A stretch of DNA of 63,983 nucleotides, counting the filler, from Hyphochytrium catenoides (lineage: Eukaryota > Protista > Hyphochytriomycota): NCBI GenBank assembly GCA_900088475.1. It is 6 parts of 6 records of this genome, joined end to end, with 100 filler letters (N's around TTAATTAATTAA, not from the genome) between each part and the next. Parts side by side here need not be neighbours in the genome. Positions count along the whole stretch, not along the records: positions 39,915 to 54,396 come from FLMG01004262.1; positions 54,497 to 61,713 come from FLMG01000577.1; positions 61,814 to 62,865 come from FLMG01000930.1; positions 62,966 to 63,983 come from FLMG01002573.1; 2 more parts are not named here. The stretch is one strand, 5' to 3'. The notes beneath the pieces are model-generated. The model made no database searches, had not been told where the DNA came from, and was given only the letters and a program-made list of their open reading frames with translations. Below are positions 49,637-63,175 of the stretch, piece by piece (within the stretch, counting starts at the first letter, position 1; each line of letters starts with the position of its first letter). The position numbers and the translations under genes were made by a program.

Positions 49637-50645
49637 TTCGCGTTGATGAAGTTTGGAGCGAAGCTGCTCAGTAAGAGATGATTGCTTTGCTTTGCTAAGA
49701 GTCTGGCTTCTGCTCAGTCCGGCGGCTGAGGTTCTCGAAGGCGTAAGAGCGCTGTCTTGGACTGGGAAAGAGACGCTCTGTACGCTAACGGCGGCTTAGA
49801 GAGACGGGAGGAGAAATGTAGGTGCGGGCAGCGACTTTTGACTATCCTTCTGGGCTCTTTCCTCCGCCGTGCAACTTGATGGATGACGGTCGCTTATAAA
49901 GTTAACCCTCCAACGCCTGAAAGTTGTAGCCCCTNNNNNNNNNNNNNNNNNNNNNNNNNNNNNNNNNNNNNNNNNNNNNNNNNNNNNNNNNNNNNNNNNN
50001 NNNNNNNNNNNNNNNNNNNNNNNNNNNNNNNNNNNNNNNNNNGCAAGTCAAACCAGCTGGGACTAGGAGCCAGCCAAGGTCGACCAAGAAGTCAACTTCA
50101 ACATTCTTATTTCGCATTCTTGACAGATAGCGTAAGAAATTGCAAGGCAAGCTGTCAAATATGGAATTGATTTTCACTATGAGAGACAACAGGGAAAATG
50201 TAGAAAATGTCAAAAGTAAAATAAAGAATGTCAAAGTGAAAAATAAATGAAGACCGGTCAAGAATGACCTGTGAAGATTCTGACAAAATGTCGGACTTCA
50301 AATAAAAAAAGCTGCGTGCGCTTCGGCTGGCAGTCTTCAGAAAGGAGATCGTTATGGAGATTGAAGGCGCATTGGGCGACCTTCGAAAGCCAAGCGTCTC
50401 TCTGTGAGAGCGTGTGAGATGGGGCAGACTCTTCCTTGCTTGTTCCAGCCCTTTGCTAAGGCTTAGAAGTGGAAGGTGAAGCCTCTGCCTCAGCGGTTTC
50501 TCCGGTCTCCTCAGCAATGGATTGCCGTCTCCTAGGTAGACAATGTCGGCTTGTCTCCAGATCTTGGCTCGTATGGGCTGACTCTTTCAGCGCTGCCGCA
50601 CTCTTTGGCTGATTGGCAGGGTCCTGCAGCTCTGCTTTTCTGCAG

Positions 50646-51333
50646 TCACTCATCAAAGGCAGACTCCTCTTCTTCCTCCGCAGCATTGCTGAATATCTCA
50701 AGCAGGCGCTGTCTCCTCTCATCTTTCAACCATGTGGGCAAGCACTGAGAGGGCAGATCTCCATACTTCCATAAGCAGTGCGGAGAGGGAGAGAGAGAGA
50801 AAGAAACAAAGGGAAGGGGGGTGGAGGAGTGGNNNNNNNNNNNNNNNNNNNNNNNNNNNNNNNNNNNNNNNNNNNAGAGAGAGAGAGAAAGAGAGAGAGA
50901 GAGAAGGAGAGAGAGCGTTATATGCTAGAGAATACCAGAACGAACACCTTGGAACGCAACCACGCCGAGGACAAATAGAGAGATAACAAATTAGAGAGAA
51001 AGCATAGAGCACAAAGAGAGAGAGACAGAGAGATAAGCAAACAGAGAGAGAGAGAGCCAGTGACAACGGGGCAAGAGCGAGAGAGGAACCCTGAAGAAGT
51101 AATAGCTAAGAAACACCGCGTGGACTGAAGTCCAGATGTCAGACGTACAGCGTCTTCCTCTTCTCGGCAGCCATTATCCAGGAGAACTTGCACGACCTGG
51201 ACGTAGGCGTAGGAGAGGAAAGACAAGCATCAAAATGGCGAGAGGAGGAGAGAAATGGGGGAGAACAGTGCTGGACGGGAAGAGAGAGAGTGAGAGACAG
51301 AGAGAGAATGCTAATGGAGACGAAGAAAAAGAC

Positions 51334-51364
<31 letters not shown>

Positions 51365-51618
51365 GAAACGAGAGAAGCCCTTGAAGCCTACAGAGGGCTC
51401 TGGTGTGCCGATTGGCCTTGCAGCAGATGAGGAAATCAACAAGCACTGAGAGGGAGGTTGTGGGTGACAGAGAGAGGAGTTAAGCACTTCGAGGAGAAGA
51501 AGAGAGAGAGACGAGATGGTGGGCCAAGGAAAGGATCTCTGCGGTTCAGTGAATTACCTCTGCGTGAGCTTTGACTGCTGCCACATGCAGACAAGTCCAC
51601 TTGTTATACTGCGTTGAG

Positions 51619-51655
<37 letters not shown>

Positions 51656-54216
51656 CGCCGTGAGGAGAGAGAAGCAAGAAACAGAAACGAGAAGACAGGG
51701 AAGAGTAACCGGCAGACAGGCAAACAGAGCGAATGAGTGGGAGAAGGAAGGTAACAAGCGACTACGGGACAGAAAAAGGAAGGAAAGCAAGAAAGAGAAA
51801 ACATCCTAAGACAGAAGTTTTCAGCTTAAACGCTTTCTTTTGGCATGAACATACCGTGTCTTTCCTGTTGAGTCTTGCCCCCGCGCGGATCAGCCTCTTG
51901 AGAATGGCGACGTTGCCCTAGAACGGTGAAAAGGAGACAAAGAGAAGAGAGAGAGAGAGGAAGAGGGTGTCTGTAAGAGGCAATGAACGAACCTATGCTC
52001 CCGGAGTATCACGCAGAGAAAGGAATAGAGAGGGGGAGAGACAAGAGAGAGAGAGAGAGAGAGGAGGGGGCGGGGGAGAGGTGCACGCGTCGACAAGGAA
52101 GCCAGCAATAGGAGAAGAAGGAGGACCTTCGTACCTTTGAGGAGGCCCAATGTGCGGCGGTCCATCCATGCTGTGGAGAGGAGAGACATCAGGGAAGAGA
52201 GGGTCGGCGAGTGCTTTAGAGAGGTAAGAGGAAGGAAGAAGAAGCACAAGAGCATAAAGAGAGGAAGAGAGAGAGAGCGCGAGCGAGAGAGCGCGCGCGC
52301 GAGAGAGATAGAGAGCTAGAGAGAGAGAAAGAGAGGAGAGAGAGAGGAGAGAGAAAGAGAAAGAGGGAGGATCAGGATTACCTTATCAACGATATGAACG
52401 GCGTCCTTATCGTCTTCTATCAGCTCTTCCAGCGCGTCAACGTCTCCTCTAGAAGCGGCTCTCAGGATAGTGCTTGGCCCCGTCTTAGCCGGCGGTGTCT
52501 CTTCTTCCTCTTTCTCTTTCTTTCCCTCTTTCTCTCTCTTTCTAGTCACTTTTCTCTTTGTTGTCTCTCTTGCCGCCTCCTGGAGGACGCCGTCAATATC
52601 CACTGTGCTTCTCTCTTTCTCTCTCTGTATCTCACGAGAGGCTGACTGGAGAATGGCGCCAATGTCCTTCTCGCTCTTTCCTAGGAGGAGCTAAGTTAAC
52701 CTTGGGACGCAAAGCTGCTCCCTCTTTTCTGCCTTCTCTCTCTCTCTCTCTTTTTCTGTCTTCTTTGTCTCTCCGTCGGTATGGTTGTCTGTGTCTTAGT
52801 CCTTTGTCTCTCTCTCTCTCTCTGTCTTTCTCTCCTTGGTCATGTTGCACTTCTTTTTTCTCTACAAAGAGAACAACGACCAAGAGTTCTCGAGAACAAG
52901 GAAAGAAGTGCTGCGCGTGAAGGAGAGAGAGAAAGAATTCTCTAGAGGGAGAGAGACCCACTAAGCGAGAGAGAGAGAGAGAGTGAGAGAGAGAGAGAGA
53001 CCGTACCGCTAGCCACTTCTTTAGCGGCACTTTTGAGAATGTCCCCGACGCTGCCACCAGCAGTGACCTCTCTCGCGGCTTCCTTTAGAAGAGCTGAACA
53101 AAGCCATGAGCGCTGTCCTATCCGACCGTCTCGATTGATTTCTTCCTCTCTCCCTCTCTCTTTTCTCCCTCTCCTTCTCTCTTTCTCCCTTTTTCTCTTA
53201 CTTCCTCTCTCTTTTTTTCCCCCTCTCTTTTGCTTTCTCTCTGTCTCTCTTTCTTTCCAGCTTTCTCTCTCCTTCTCTCTCTTCTTCTCTCTCGTTTTTG
53301 CACTCTCTTTTGTTCTCTCTCTCTCAGCCCTCTCTGTCCTTATACTACTGGGATGCAGCCTGTGTATCCGGCTTTGCGGCCCTTTCACTGCTATCGACCT
53401 CCGCTCAAAGGACCCATTTGATCTCTCTCTCTCTCTCTCTCTATCTCTTCCATGTCACATCCCTTCCTCTGGCTCTGTCATAGGTCTTCTTCAAAAGAAA
53501 TCTCCCTCTGCTCTCCCTCTATCTATCTCTTTCCCATTCCTTCCTTCGCCAACTCTTCTCTCTTCTCGCTCCTTTCTTCCCACGAACTCTTTCTTCTTTA
53601 CCTTGCACAGAGCCTGTCTTCCCTTCTCCTCTCACTTCTGCTGCCGCCTCTTTCAACAGACTCGCTACTGGAGCGGCGGCGACCTCCTCTGCTGCCGCCT
53701 TTAGAGCGCTCTGAACCGGGAGAGAAGAGGAGAGAGAGGGAGAGAGAGAGGATGCTGCGCCTGCTGCTTCCTTTAAGATGTTTCCTACATCGCCTTCCGT
53801 GCTCTTCTCAGCAGCCGCCGCCTCCTTGAGCAGCTCTCCGACCAAGCGATCCTACGGCCAGTGTGTCTAAGGTAAGGATCTCTCTCTCTCTTTCTCTCTC
53901 TGTGTCTCTGTCTCTCTGTCTCTCGCTTTGTCCGTCTCTTACTCCGTGGGATTGCCTGCTTTCTTGACCCAGACTGTTTGGTTCGCTTCCTTTTACTCTC
54001 TCTCTGTCGCTTCTCTCTTTCTCTTTTCTCTCTCTCTTATTTCTCTCTCTCCCTCCCTCTTATTTCTCTCTCTCTCTCTTCATTTTCTCTCTCTTTCTCT
54101 TTCTCTCTCTCTCGTCCATTTTAGCTGACCTTTGGGTCAGAGATGGACTTTGCTGCGCTGGAAAGAATGTTTCCAATGCTGGCCGGAGAGGACTTTCCAT
54201 CGGGAGGTTTCTCTCT
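50646..54216 (-). CDS. Ankyrin-repeat protein with N-terminal 11-aa helical repeats (5' truncated)
   Basis: In-phase exons give ILRAASRGDVDALEELI, HGWTAAHWASSKGNVAILKRLI..GA, KWTCLHVAA...H.EVVQVLLDNG, ending ...SAFDE* (TGA 50648-50646). Confidence 0.85.
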
Positions 54217-54396
54217 ACATTGAGGATTGATAGCAAACATCAGAGAGAAGGGTAGGAGAGAGAGATAGGGTGATGAGGAGAAAGAGAGGCTAAACAGATT
54301 AAAGCAAGACAGAAAGAGAGAGAGAGCAAACGTTGGGCAGGTCAAACTCCTGTGTCGTAAAGAGGAGGAGAGAGAAAGAGAGAAGAGACACAAAGG

Positions 54397-54496
54397 NNNN
54401 NNNNNNNNNNNNNNNNNNNNNNNNNNNNNNNNNNNNNNNNTTAATTAATTAANNNNNNNNNNNNNNNNNNNNNNNNNNNNNNNNNNNNNNNNNNNN
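54397..54496. other. Artificial contig-join linker
   Basis: N44-TTAATTAATTAA-N44. Confidence 0.97.
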
Positions 54497-54540
54497 CACC
54501 CTCTTCTCTTTCTCTCCCTTTTCTTTTCTTTTTTTCGCAG

Positions 54541-54911
54541 GAAAGCATACCATTTTTGGACGCATCTCTTCAGGAATGAAGGTGATCCAGAGAATAGGAG
54601 CAGTGCCGACCAATGCTGAGGACCGGTACGGTTGAACCCTCTTCTTCAGCGTCATCTTTCATTCTCTCTTTCCCTCGCGCTCTCCTTTTCTCTCTCTCCC
54701 ACTATCCCATTCTCTTTCTCCCTTGCTCTCTCGCTCTCTTATTCTCTCCCCCCCCTTGCGATGCTTCTTCAGCGTGTCTCTCTTCTCTTTTTGTCTGTTT
54801 ATGTCTCTTTTTTAACTCTATGCCCCTCCATTTCTGCTTTTCTTCCTGTTTCGTGCCTGCAGTCCACTGACTGAAGTCAAAGTGTATAAAGCCTACCCTA
54901 AAACGGAATAA
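54541..54911 (+). CDS. PPIL1: Cyclophilin PPIL1-like, last two exons
   Basis: GKHTIFGRISSGMKVIQRIGAVPTNAEDR|PLTEVKVYKAYPKTE* matches the PPIL1 C-terminus. Confidence 0.8.
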
Positions 54912-55552
54912 AAGCAAATTTAGAAGAGAAGAGGAGGATCTCGTCAGACAGAGAAGAAGATACAAAAAGAGGGAGAGAAAGGGGAGAGAGTATAGAGTGG
55001 CAGAAACAGAGAAGAGAGAGAGAGAGAGACAGAGAGAGAGGGAAATCAAGGGAGGGGAAACCGGAAGGAAGGAAGGAAGAGAACATTCTAACGACGTGAA
55101 CCTGAAGGAAGAAAGCGGTGGACGAAGCTTTAGGCTGATGAGGGGCCAAAAGCTTACGAGAAGGGAGGAGAGAGAGACAGAGAGAGAGGCGGGAAGTGTG
55201 GGTCGTGCAGTTGATGAAGCCAATCCTCATGAATCCTTCTTTAGCGTGTCAGCCGGCAAGAGTAAGAGCTTAGGCCAATGAATTACAGCCAAGAAGAAGG
55301 AAAAGTGAGAAGAAAGAAAGAGAGAGAGAGGAGAGTGAAGAAACTGAGAGAACGTTAAGCCCTTCCTTGGTCCCTTGAAAGTTTTTGAATAGCGGATCGC
55401 TAAAGGTAAGATCCTCTGCAGGCAAGAGCGGCGAAGAAAGGGAGAGACAAAAAGAGAAAGTTCCTTCATTTATCCCTCTCTCTTTCCTCCTTAGGACAAT
55501 CCCTCTCTTCTCTCTCTCTCTCTCTCTCTGTGTCTTTTTCTCTCTGGTTAGG

Positions 55553-57854
55553 TCAAACTCTGAAGCCTCCTGCTGGCAGGAGCTGCACTCCTTTGTGGTT
55601 GATGGCTCTCTCAATGGGAAGAAGAATCTGGCCGTTGTCTTTGGCCTCTTCCAGTGCAGCCTTTCCTACCGCTTGGACTAAGGCCCCGTCAGTCTCTTCG
55701 TCAATCCACCTGTCCAATCTCTCCTCTCTCTCGCTGCTCTTTCTCCTTTCTTTTTCTCTCTTCTGCTTGAGGAGATACTCTGCGTTTTCTTGGGCTTCCA
55801 GCTTTCTCTCTCTTTCGCTCTCTTTCTCATCCAAGTGGGTGAGCTCTAACATGAGCTTGGCCTCTTCCATGATTCTTTTGTTTTCCTCTTCTTCTTCTCT
55901 CTTCTGCTCTTGCCTCCTTCGCAGCTGCAGTTGCCGACTTCTTTCAATGGCCTCTTCTTGTCGTCTTCTCCTCTCTTCTCTCCCTTCCATCTCCTGGTCG
56001 GATTTCTCTCTCGCCTCCTGGATCTGCTTGGCGATGCGATCGTCCTCGGTGTTTTTTAGGGCAGCCAGACGACGACATGCCTGAAAGGAGAGAGAGAGAA
56101 AGAGGAGAGAGACAGAAAGAGGGGATGAAGGAGCAGAGAGAAAAGGAGAGAGATGAGAGAGAGGAGGGAAGGGTGGGGGGAGGAGAAGAGAGGGAGAGAG
56201 AGAGAGAGAGAGAGAGCGTTTGTGGAATTAAAAAAAGCAAGAGTTAGGTGACGAAGGAGGTGGGATGGCAGAGAGAGAGAGACTCTTCCAAAGCAAGAGA
56301 ACAATCGAATTGTGATGAGAAAGGGAGCGAAACCGGCAGAGAGAGAAGATGCGAACAAAAGAGCGAGACATGCAAAGCAGAGAGATAACGAGAACCCACG
56401 GCATCGATCAGCTTGGCCTGTGTCTGCAACTTGTCTTGCTGTCTTTTGATCTCTCTCTCTTTCTTCTTCTTCTCCAGCTGTTCCTTCCTCTCTGCCTCTT
56501 CTGCACGCTTGAGATCCATCAGTTCTTCCTCTCGCTGGAGCTTTGTCTTTATTCTCTGAAGCTCAGCATTTGCCTCCCGAGTGTCTAGCAAGAAGACGAG
56601 AGAAGCAACAGATGAAAGGAGAGATCGCGTTGAAAGGAAAGGTAAGCCTCCTGATGGATGAATGAGAATTGAAGAGGTAGAGAGAGAGGGAGACACGGAA
56701 AGGAAAGAGAGAGAGAGAGAGATGAAGCGAAAAAGGAGAGAGAAAGAAGAGACATGCTCTTGCAAGACAGAACGAAAAAAGAGAGAGAAAGACCAGCCAG
56801 ACCTTCACAGGCTTTTCTCGCCTGTCTTCTCCTTTCTGCCTCAGCCGCCTTGTCTTCCTCTATCTCTTGCAGAGAGCGCACAGCGATCAGTTTTCCCTGC
56901 TGCACTTCTTCTCTTAGAGTCTTTCTCATTCTCTCCATCATCTCTTCTTTCTGCTGCTCCAGCGTAAGCTTTAGCGCTCCCATTTTCTCATCTTGCTCTC
57001 TCTCCTCTTTCTTGACTCTCTCTTCTACTTCGTCCCATCTTTTCTTGTCTTCTTCCCTGAACTTCTTCTCTCGGTTGTCTTCCCATTTCTTCAGCAGGTC
57101 TTTCTCCTGAATTTGTATCTCTCTTTCCTGAATGGAGAGAGAGAGGGTATGTGAGAGAGAGAGAAGAAAGAGGGAGAAACGATAGGCAACGTTGTCGACC
57201 TCAAGCGAAGAGAGGAAAGTGAAAGAAAGAGAGATGGAGGAAATGCAGGACAGAAAGAAGCAGTGGAGAGAAAGAGATAGAGTTCGGTTGACCAAGCCCA
57301 CCGAGTTGCTCAGCAGTCTCCTCTGTCTCTCCCTCTCCTGTACGTCGGCCGACTATAGTCCATCTTTCTCTCTTATCACGACTTTGTGCGCTCTCTCTTT
57401 CTCTCTTATTATGACTCTGGTCCCTCTCTCTCTCTCATTCGTGCTCTTTCTCTCTCTCTCTTTCTCCTCTTCTCTCTCCTTTCCATGGTTGTCCTACCTT
57501 CAGTACATCGCTGAGCCTCTGCGCACTTCGGATACCCTTAATTCTGTCATTTTGTTCCGCGAGCTGAGCATGCGCTCTCTCTAACAGCTCCGTTCTTCTT
57601 CTCTGTTGCTCCTCTTCTTCCAGCTTATCAATTCTTCTTCTCTCTTCTTCCAGTCTCTCTTCTCTCTCTGCTCTCTCCGCATCTTTCTTCTTCTTCTTCG
57701 CCTCTAACGTATTGGGCCAGCGCGCAATCTTCTCCTGGGAAAGTCTCTGCAGCTGCAGCTTCTTACTCTCTTTGTCTTCCTTAGTCGTCGGCGGCTGGAC
57801 TGATGCCTTTATACGGCTTAACTCTTGGGCAGAGATGATCCGAGAGGAAGACAT
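55553..57854 (-). CDS. CFAP210: Cilia/flagella-associated protein CFAP210 (CCDC173), trichohyalin-plectin-homology coiled coil
   Basis: Four in-phase exons: EL.RIK, L..LS......WPNTL...K, DRIK...S....SDVL.ERE.QI..K. Confidence 0.8.
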
Positions 57855-58618
57855 CTCTCGCGCTTTCTCTTTCTCTCGCCTTCTCAGTCGGCGGGCTCCT
57901 CTCTTCTGGTCGGTCTCTCTTTCGCTTCTGACCCCTCTTTCCTTCACTGTCTCTCCTCCCCTCTTACTTCTTTTGCCTTCTTTCTATCTGCCTCTTGGCC
58001 GCTGAGGCTCGTCAGAACCAATCCGGTCGAAGATGCTTGTTGAGTATTCTTCTAAGTGACCGCAGGTGGAGGTTTTTCTCTCTCTCCTCTCTTGGACCCT
58101 CAGCTGGTTAGAGTGGTTAGGGCTTATCTCTCTCTCGATCTCTCTCTCTCTCTACTCTGGAAGGATGGAGAAGGAGCGTCAGGTAAGGGAAAAGAGAGAA
58201 GAAGAACAAGCCTTTCTTACACAGCTTCTCTTTTGATATTTCTTCTCCATGGGCTAAAAGGACTATTACCTCTCTTCACGTTTTCTCCTCCCGCGCAACC
58301 TTTCTCCATCTTCTCTCTCCGTTTGTTTTTCGGTTGCTCCTCTGCCTTTGTGGTCCTTCCTGACATTCTCTTGTCCTCTCTCCTCCTCGCTCCTGCTGCT
58401 CGCCTTCTGGTGGGTACTCTCTCCACGTGATCGACCTTGTGTCTCTCTCTTTCTGTCTCTTTCGGAGTATAGGTCACTTGTCCCTTTCTTCTGCCTCTAA
58501 ATGTGTCTTTTTCTCTTGGCTATTTTCTCTCTAGCCTTCTCGCACACACACACTCTCTCTCTCTCTAGCCTTCTCGCACACACGCTCTTTCTCTCTCTCT
58601 GTCTCTCTCTCTCCCACA

Positions 58619-58664
<46 letters not shown>

Positions 58665-59520
58665 CCAATGTTCCCATTCTCGTTCCCAAAATGTCGTTAC
58701 ATTCTCCTGACAGGTGGAAGGTAGCCGATTCTCGGAGTTCACCCTATCTTTTGAGACCGCTTAGAAGAATGGAAACGAGGAAGGTTTCCAACAGCTTCAA
58801 AGTCCGCTTCCTGGAGAACATATTGTAAAACAGTACTTAGCCTGCTCGTGATAACTGGATGAAGGATCTTAATCCATTACTGATTTTTCTTTCTCCTTGA
58901 TCCCTTTTCCGGACTGTGACCTTGCTAATTCTGCGGCAAGCGCCTTGGCTGAACAAATAAGGTCCGCAAATTGCGGATGCCCAGGTGTGAGGATGTGAGG
59001 ATAGATTAGGAGAAGAATCGCACTGCCGATTACTTTGCAGCTGGATCATAACAAGATTAATCATACCTGATTCCTTGATTCTTTTGATTCTTATTGTGGC
59101 CTTTGGAGTCCTTTTTCTTGCTTGTCGGCGCTTCGTCCAATGATCTTCAAAAAGGAAAATCTTCAGAATTGGCTGCTGCGCCATCGCCAGCGCTCAGAGA
59201 CTCAGCAAAGACTATTTGCGCACCACCTCCTTTCTCTTCGGACAAGCACGGCGCGATAACATCCTGAAGGGTCTATTTACATTCTCCTTGTGGTTCGTTC
59301 CTCAAGAATTTTGAATAATAGAGGGACGTTGAACGCAGTACTTGAGGGGCATGGGCGTAGCCAAACCTCCTAGTTGAAGTTGTGCTTGGGCTATCTTGCT
59401 GCTGTTCTAAGGCCATTGGCAGTAATTCAACCAGCATCCACAGCCTCTTTCCAACTACGAACTGATTCTCCTTCTAAGGTACCTCTGCGGAATGGCTGCT
59501 CCAGTATAGCAAGAGTTCAA

Positions 59521-61354
59521 ATGGAGGCACATGGGTCCGGCGAAGAGCATAAGGCCCGACGGGGTTTCTCCGCGCTGTGCTGTGGGCCTAGACAGATTTC
59601 TCCGCAGAAGATCCAGGCTGTACTGAAGGGCACTTACTCTCATGAGGAAGAAGAGCAGGAGCAGGTAGGGACGAAGACAGTCAGAAGAGCTGCGTAGAGC
59701 TTGCTACGACAAAGCAACCTACCTATTCTAAGTGCTCCGCAATGTGCTAAACCTTGTGTCACTTATGTTGGGAGCTGATTTCTTTCTCAGCTTCTTCTCA
59801 GTCTTTCTGTCTCTTGTCTCGCGTGCCGACCCTTTAAGCCCCAAGTCTCTTTCTCCTTCGCGCTTTCTCTCTCCGCGTCTTGTTTTTACTCCTTCCGTCA
59901 CGTTCTGTCTCAGAGTGCCCCCTCTATATGCGTCTAACTACTTCTATCCGGCTCTTTCGCTCTTCTGCTCTATCTTTAGGCCTCGAGGAATCTGCGTCGG
60001 CTCTTGACACGCACAGATCTGCACCAGCTGACCGAGGAGTCGACTCTCTCTCCAATTTTTCATTCTCTCTTCTTCCTTCTCACTTGCAGCACCTATGCAG
60101 CCGCTTTCTCCGCTTCATCTTCTCTCTCTCTCCTCTGTACAGAGGCTGCACTACGAGCGGCGCTTGTACGGGCAGGAATTGGTGTTACTCTCACTGAAGC
60201 TCTTGGTAAGAAACAAGATACAGAGAGAGAGAGAGGAGAAGTCACGAACCTCTCGCCCTGTTTTCTCTCTGTTACGCTTTTTGCAGTATCCGTCTGTTTC
60301 TTCTCTCTCACTCTCTCTCTGTGTCTCTCTCCGTCTCCGTCGTTCTTATTGAGATAACACCGTCTAAGCCTCATTTTCGGTCTTTCTGGGCAGCAAGTCG
60401 CTCTCGTTTTTGGTGCTTTCCTCTAGGACTATCGTCATGTTCCTTTTTTCACAATTTCCCATTGTTTTCTCTGTTTCTCTTTTTCTTCTCTACTCATCTG
60501 CTTTCTCTCCTCCTCTGGATCTTTTTCTCCCGGTCTTTCTCTCCTTTCTCTTCCGGTGTTTCTCTCTGCAATACCGCTCTAATTTCCTATTCACTGTTCC
60601 GCCAGAGATTTGGAGAGGGGAGGACTCGATAGTGAAAGACTTGCTTGCCGTGGCGCAGAATCTTCTTTACGACTCTTCTCTTGCCTCTGCGGTGCTGGAT
60701 GGAGGCGTAGGAGAGAAGATACTCTTCTTTCTCGATGCCTCTAACCTAGAGGTATTACTCATTTTATTCTTGTTCTCCCGTTCTACTTCATCAGGCACCT
60801 CTCTCTGCGTGTGTGTGTGTCTCTTTCTCTCTCTTCCCTTTTCTCTCTCTCTTGCTCTGTCTCTCTTTTTTCCTGTCTCTCTTTCTTCCTACGCTTACAC
60901 CACTCTCTCCTCTTCTTCCTCTGTGGTGTTCCTTAGAAGATCGTCTCCTTTCCTGCGAACTGGTGATTCAGTCGCTAGTGCTTTAAACCTGCTCTTGCTG
61001 ATTTCTCCCTACCACCTCCTTACGATTCGGCCAAACTCTTTCTTGATGCAGTGCCTCTTCTCTCTAACTTCTCGGTCCTCTTGAGCTTCGCCGTAGTGGT
61101 CAATGGCGGCTTTAACTCTTTCTTTCTCTCTCTCTCTCTTCGACAGATTGTCCTTCTCTGTCTCGCTTCGGTGGCCAATCTTCTCTCGTACTCAGACTCG
61201 CTACTCTTGGAAAACGGGGCACTGACCGCTGAGATAATGAAAAAGCTTGACAGGATCATCTGGTTCCTTAGGTGATCTTTCTCTTTCTCTCTCTTGCCAC
61301 GCGTATCTTTCTTCTCTTGTCAATCATCCCTCTTCCTCCCTACCCTTACATGCG

Positions 61355-61392
<38 letters not shown>

Positions 61393-61556
61393 CGTCTCTC
61401 TCTCTCTCTCTCTTCTCGAGACCCTCCTCAAGGTCTAGATGTTTTTCTCTCTTCGTGCCTGCTTCCCAACGCCTGGCTTTAGATGCCGCACCTCTGGTTG
61501 TCTCTCGTCTGATATATCTTGATTTTCTCTCTTCTTCTCTCGCTCTTTCTTTCTCT

Positions 61557-61605
<49 letters not shown>

Positions 61606-61713
61606 TTTGACAGACATGGCAACAGAAGGCAGCAGTACTTTGCCGTCGCCGCTACCGCTAACGCCCTCTGCCATCCTCTTCTGAGGGAGAAGCTTCTCTC
61701 TCTCGATGCTCCA
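59521..61713 (+). CDS. Armadillo/HEAT-like helical repeat protein (3' truncated)
   Basis: Exons ASRNLRRLL..., DLLAVAQNLL, CLASVANLL, AVAATANAL. The start and the exon 2/3 junction are ambiguous. Confidence 0.55.
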
Positions 61714-61813
61714 NNNNNNNNNNNNNNNNNNNNNNNNNNNNNNNNNNNNNNNNNNNNTTAATTAATTAANNNNNNNNNNNNNNNNNNNNNNNNNNNNNNN
61801 NNNNNNNNNNNNN
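61714..61813. other. Artificial contig-join linker
   Basis: N44-TTAATTAATTAA-N44. Confidence 0.97.
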
Positions 61814-62865
61814 CTGTGAGACTACTTATGGCGTATTAGGAGGCAGAAGAAGTGAAATCAGCGACAGACAACCCGTACTGCAAGAGTAGCGCTTCATTAA
61901 GCTCGTCCCCTATATCATATCTCATATACTGTTCGCCCGCTGTTTGCCTCAAAGTCTAGAGAGCAGCAAATCGTCATCTTGAAAAAACAAGCACTACTCC
62001 GCACCTACTGTCAGACTAGCAGGCAAAGCTTGGTAACATTAGTAAAGTTGGCTAGCACCATGGCCTAGCAATATAACCAACCGAGGTCTATCCTCCACTT
62101 GGAAGTCATATTCACTTGCGAGTTGTTCGTCCAGACGGTAAGCTCTATAACCACCAGACATAATAACACCTGCTAGGTCCACTCTCTGTCTTTAGGCTTA
62201 TCTATCATTAATAATAATTTTTCGCGCCACCATCATAGATACGGAACATGTTATCCCTTTCATACATACAGGACGAGACAGGCAGCAGCGTCACAACGTG
62301 GCGTCTCAAGCATATCAGAGTCAGCTTTTAATGTCCTGGTCGCAACTTCTAAGCCTAACGGTTCCGAAGGGCAACGTGAATCGTGTGCGCGCTTTATTAT
62401 ATCTCTTCTGTTGAACTACCTTGGTTTTGACTTCGCAGCCTCGATCGTGACGAGGGTCCTCATCGTACTGCTGGTGGTGGTATCGTTGTAGAGGATTTGT
62501 TTAAATTAAACGGTAACGAAGGCTCTCCTCTCGGGGAGTTGACTCGCCATGTTTGGCTTCCAAGAGGTGGAGACTGAGAGGCCGACACTAATTGGACTTG
62601 AAAGGCTGCAGTCTCTACTTTCTACTAGCAGCAGCGTTCACCCAAGCAGACGCATTATTGCGCCTATCACATACAGTCACTGTAATAAACGGATTGACCC
62701 TACTCAGAACTACCCAAAACCTACTCATTTCTACGAGGGCGCGGGGATCACCTCCGAGGTTCGTTTTGAGTAAGAAGAAGAGGTCGGTTTGGGTGCAAAT
62801 TGAGTATCGATTGAGTAGTGGTTTGGTGGCTTCTGAGCACTTTTTGGAGCACCATGAGGAGGGTT

Positions 62866-62965
62866 NNNNNNNNNNNNNNNNNNNNNNNNNNNNNNNNNNN
62901 NNNNNNNNNTTAATTAATTAANNNNNNNNNNNNNNNNNNNNNNNNNNNNNNNNNNNNNNNNNNNN
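62866..62965. other. Artificial contig-join linker
   Basis: N44-TTAATTAATTAA-N44. Confidence 0.97.
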
Positions 62966-63142
62966 CGTCATCAGACAGCAGAATCTCCATTCGCGCTGTC
63001 ATGGAAGCGTCAGATGATTGGGGTGGGAACCACAACGGACTGAACAGGAGGGAACTGAAGGGAGAAGAAGAGCCAGGAAGGAGAAAGGCCAAGATTCAGA
63101 GAGAATGAGGGAGAGAGCGAACGAAGGGGTAGAGAATAGGGA

Positions 63143-63175
<33 letters not shown>

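Noticed and set aside
49902-50310. TTAA-CCCT piggyBac-like end followed by an N gap and AT-rich AATGTCAAA repeats
   Set aside because: No matching opposite TIR or transposase is visible, and the gap hides the evidence.
61814-62865. 1-kb contig with short ORFs and a TTTTCGCGCC site
   Set aside because: No recognisable domain or coherent exon chain, and too little context.
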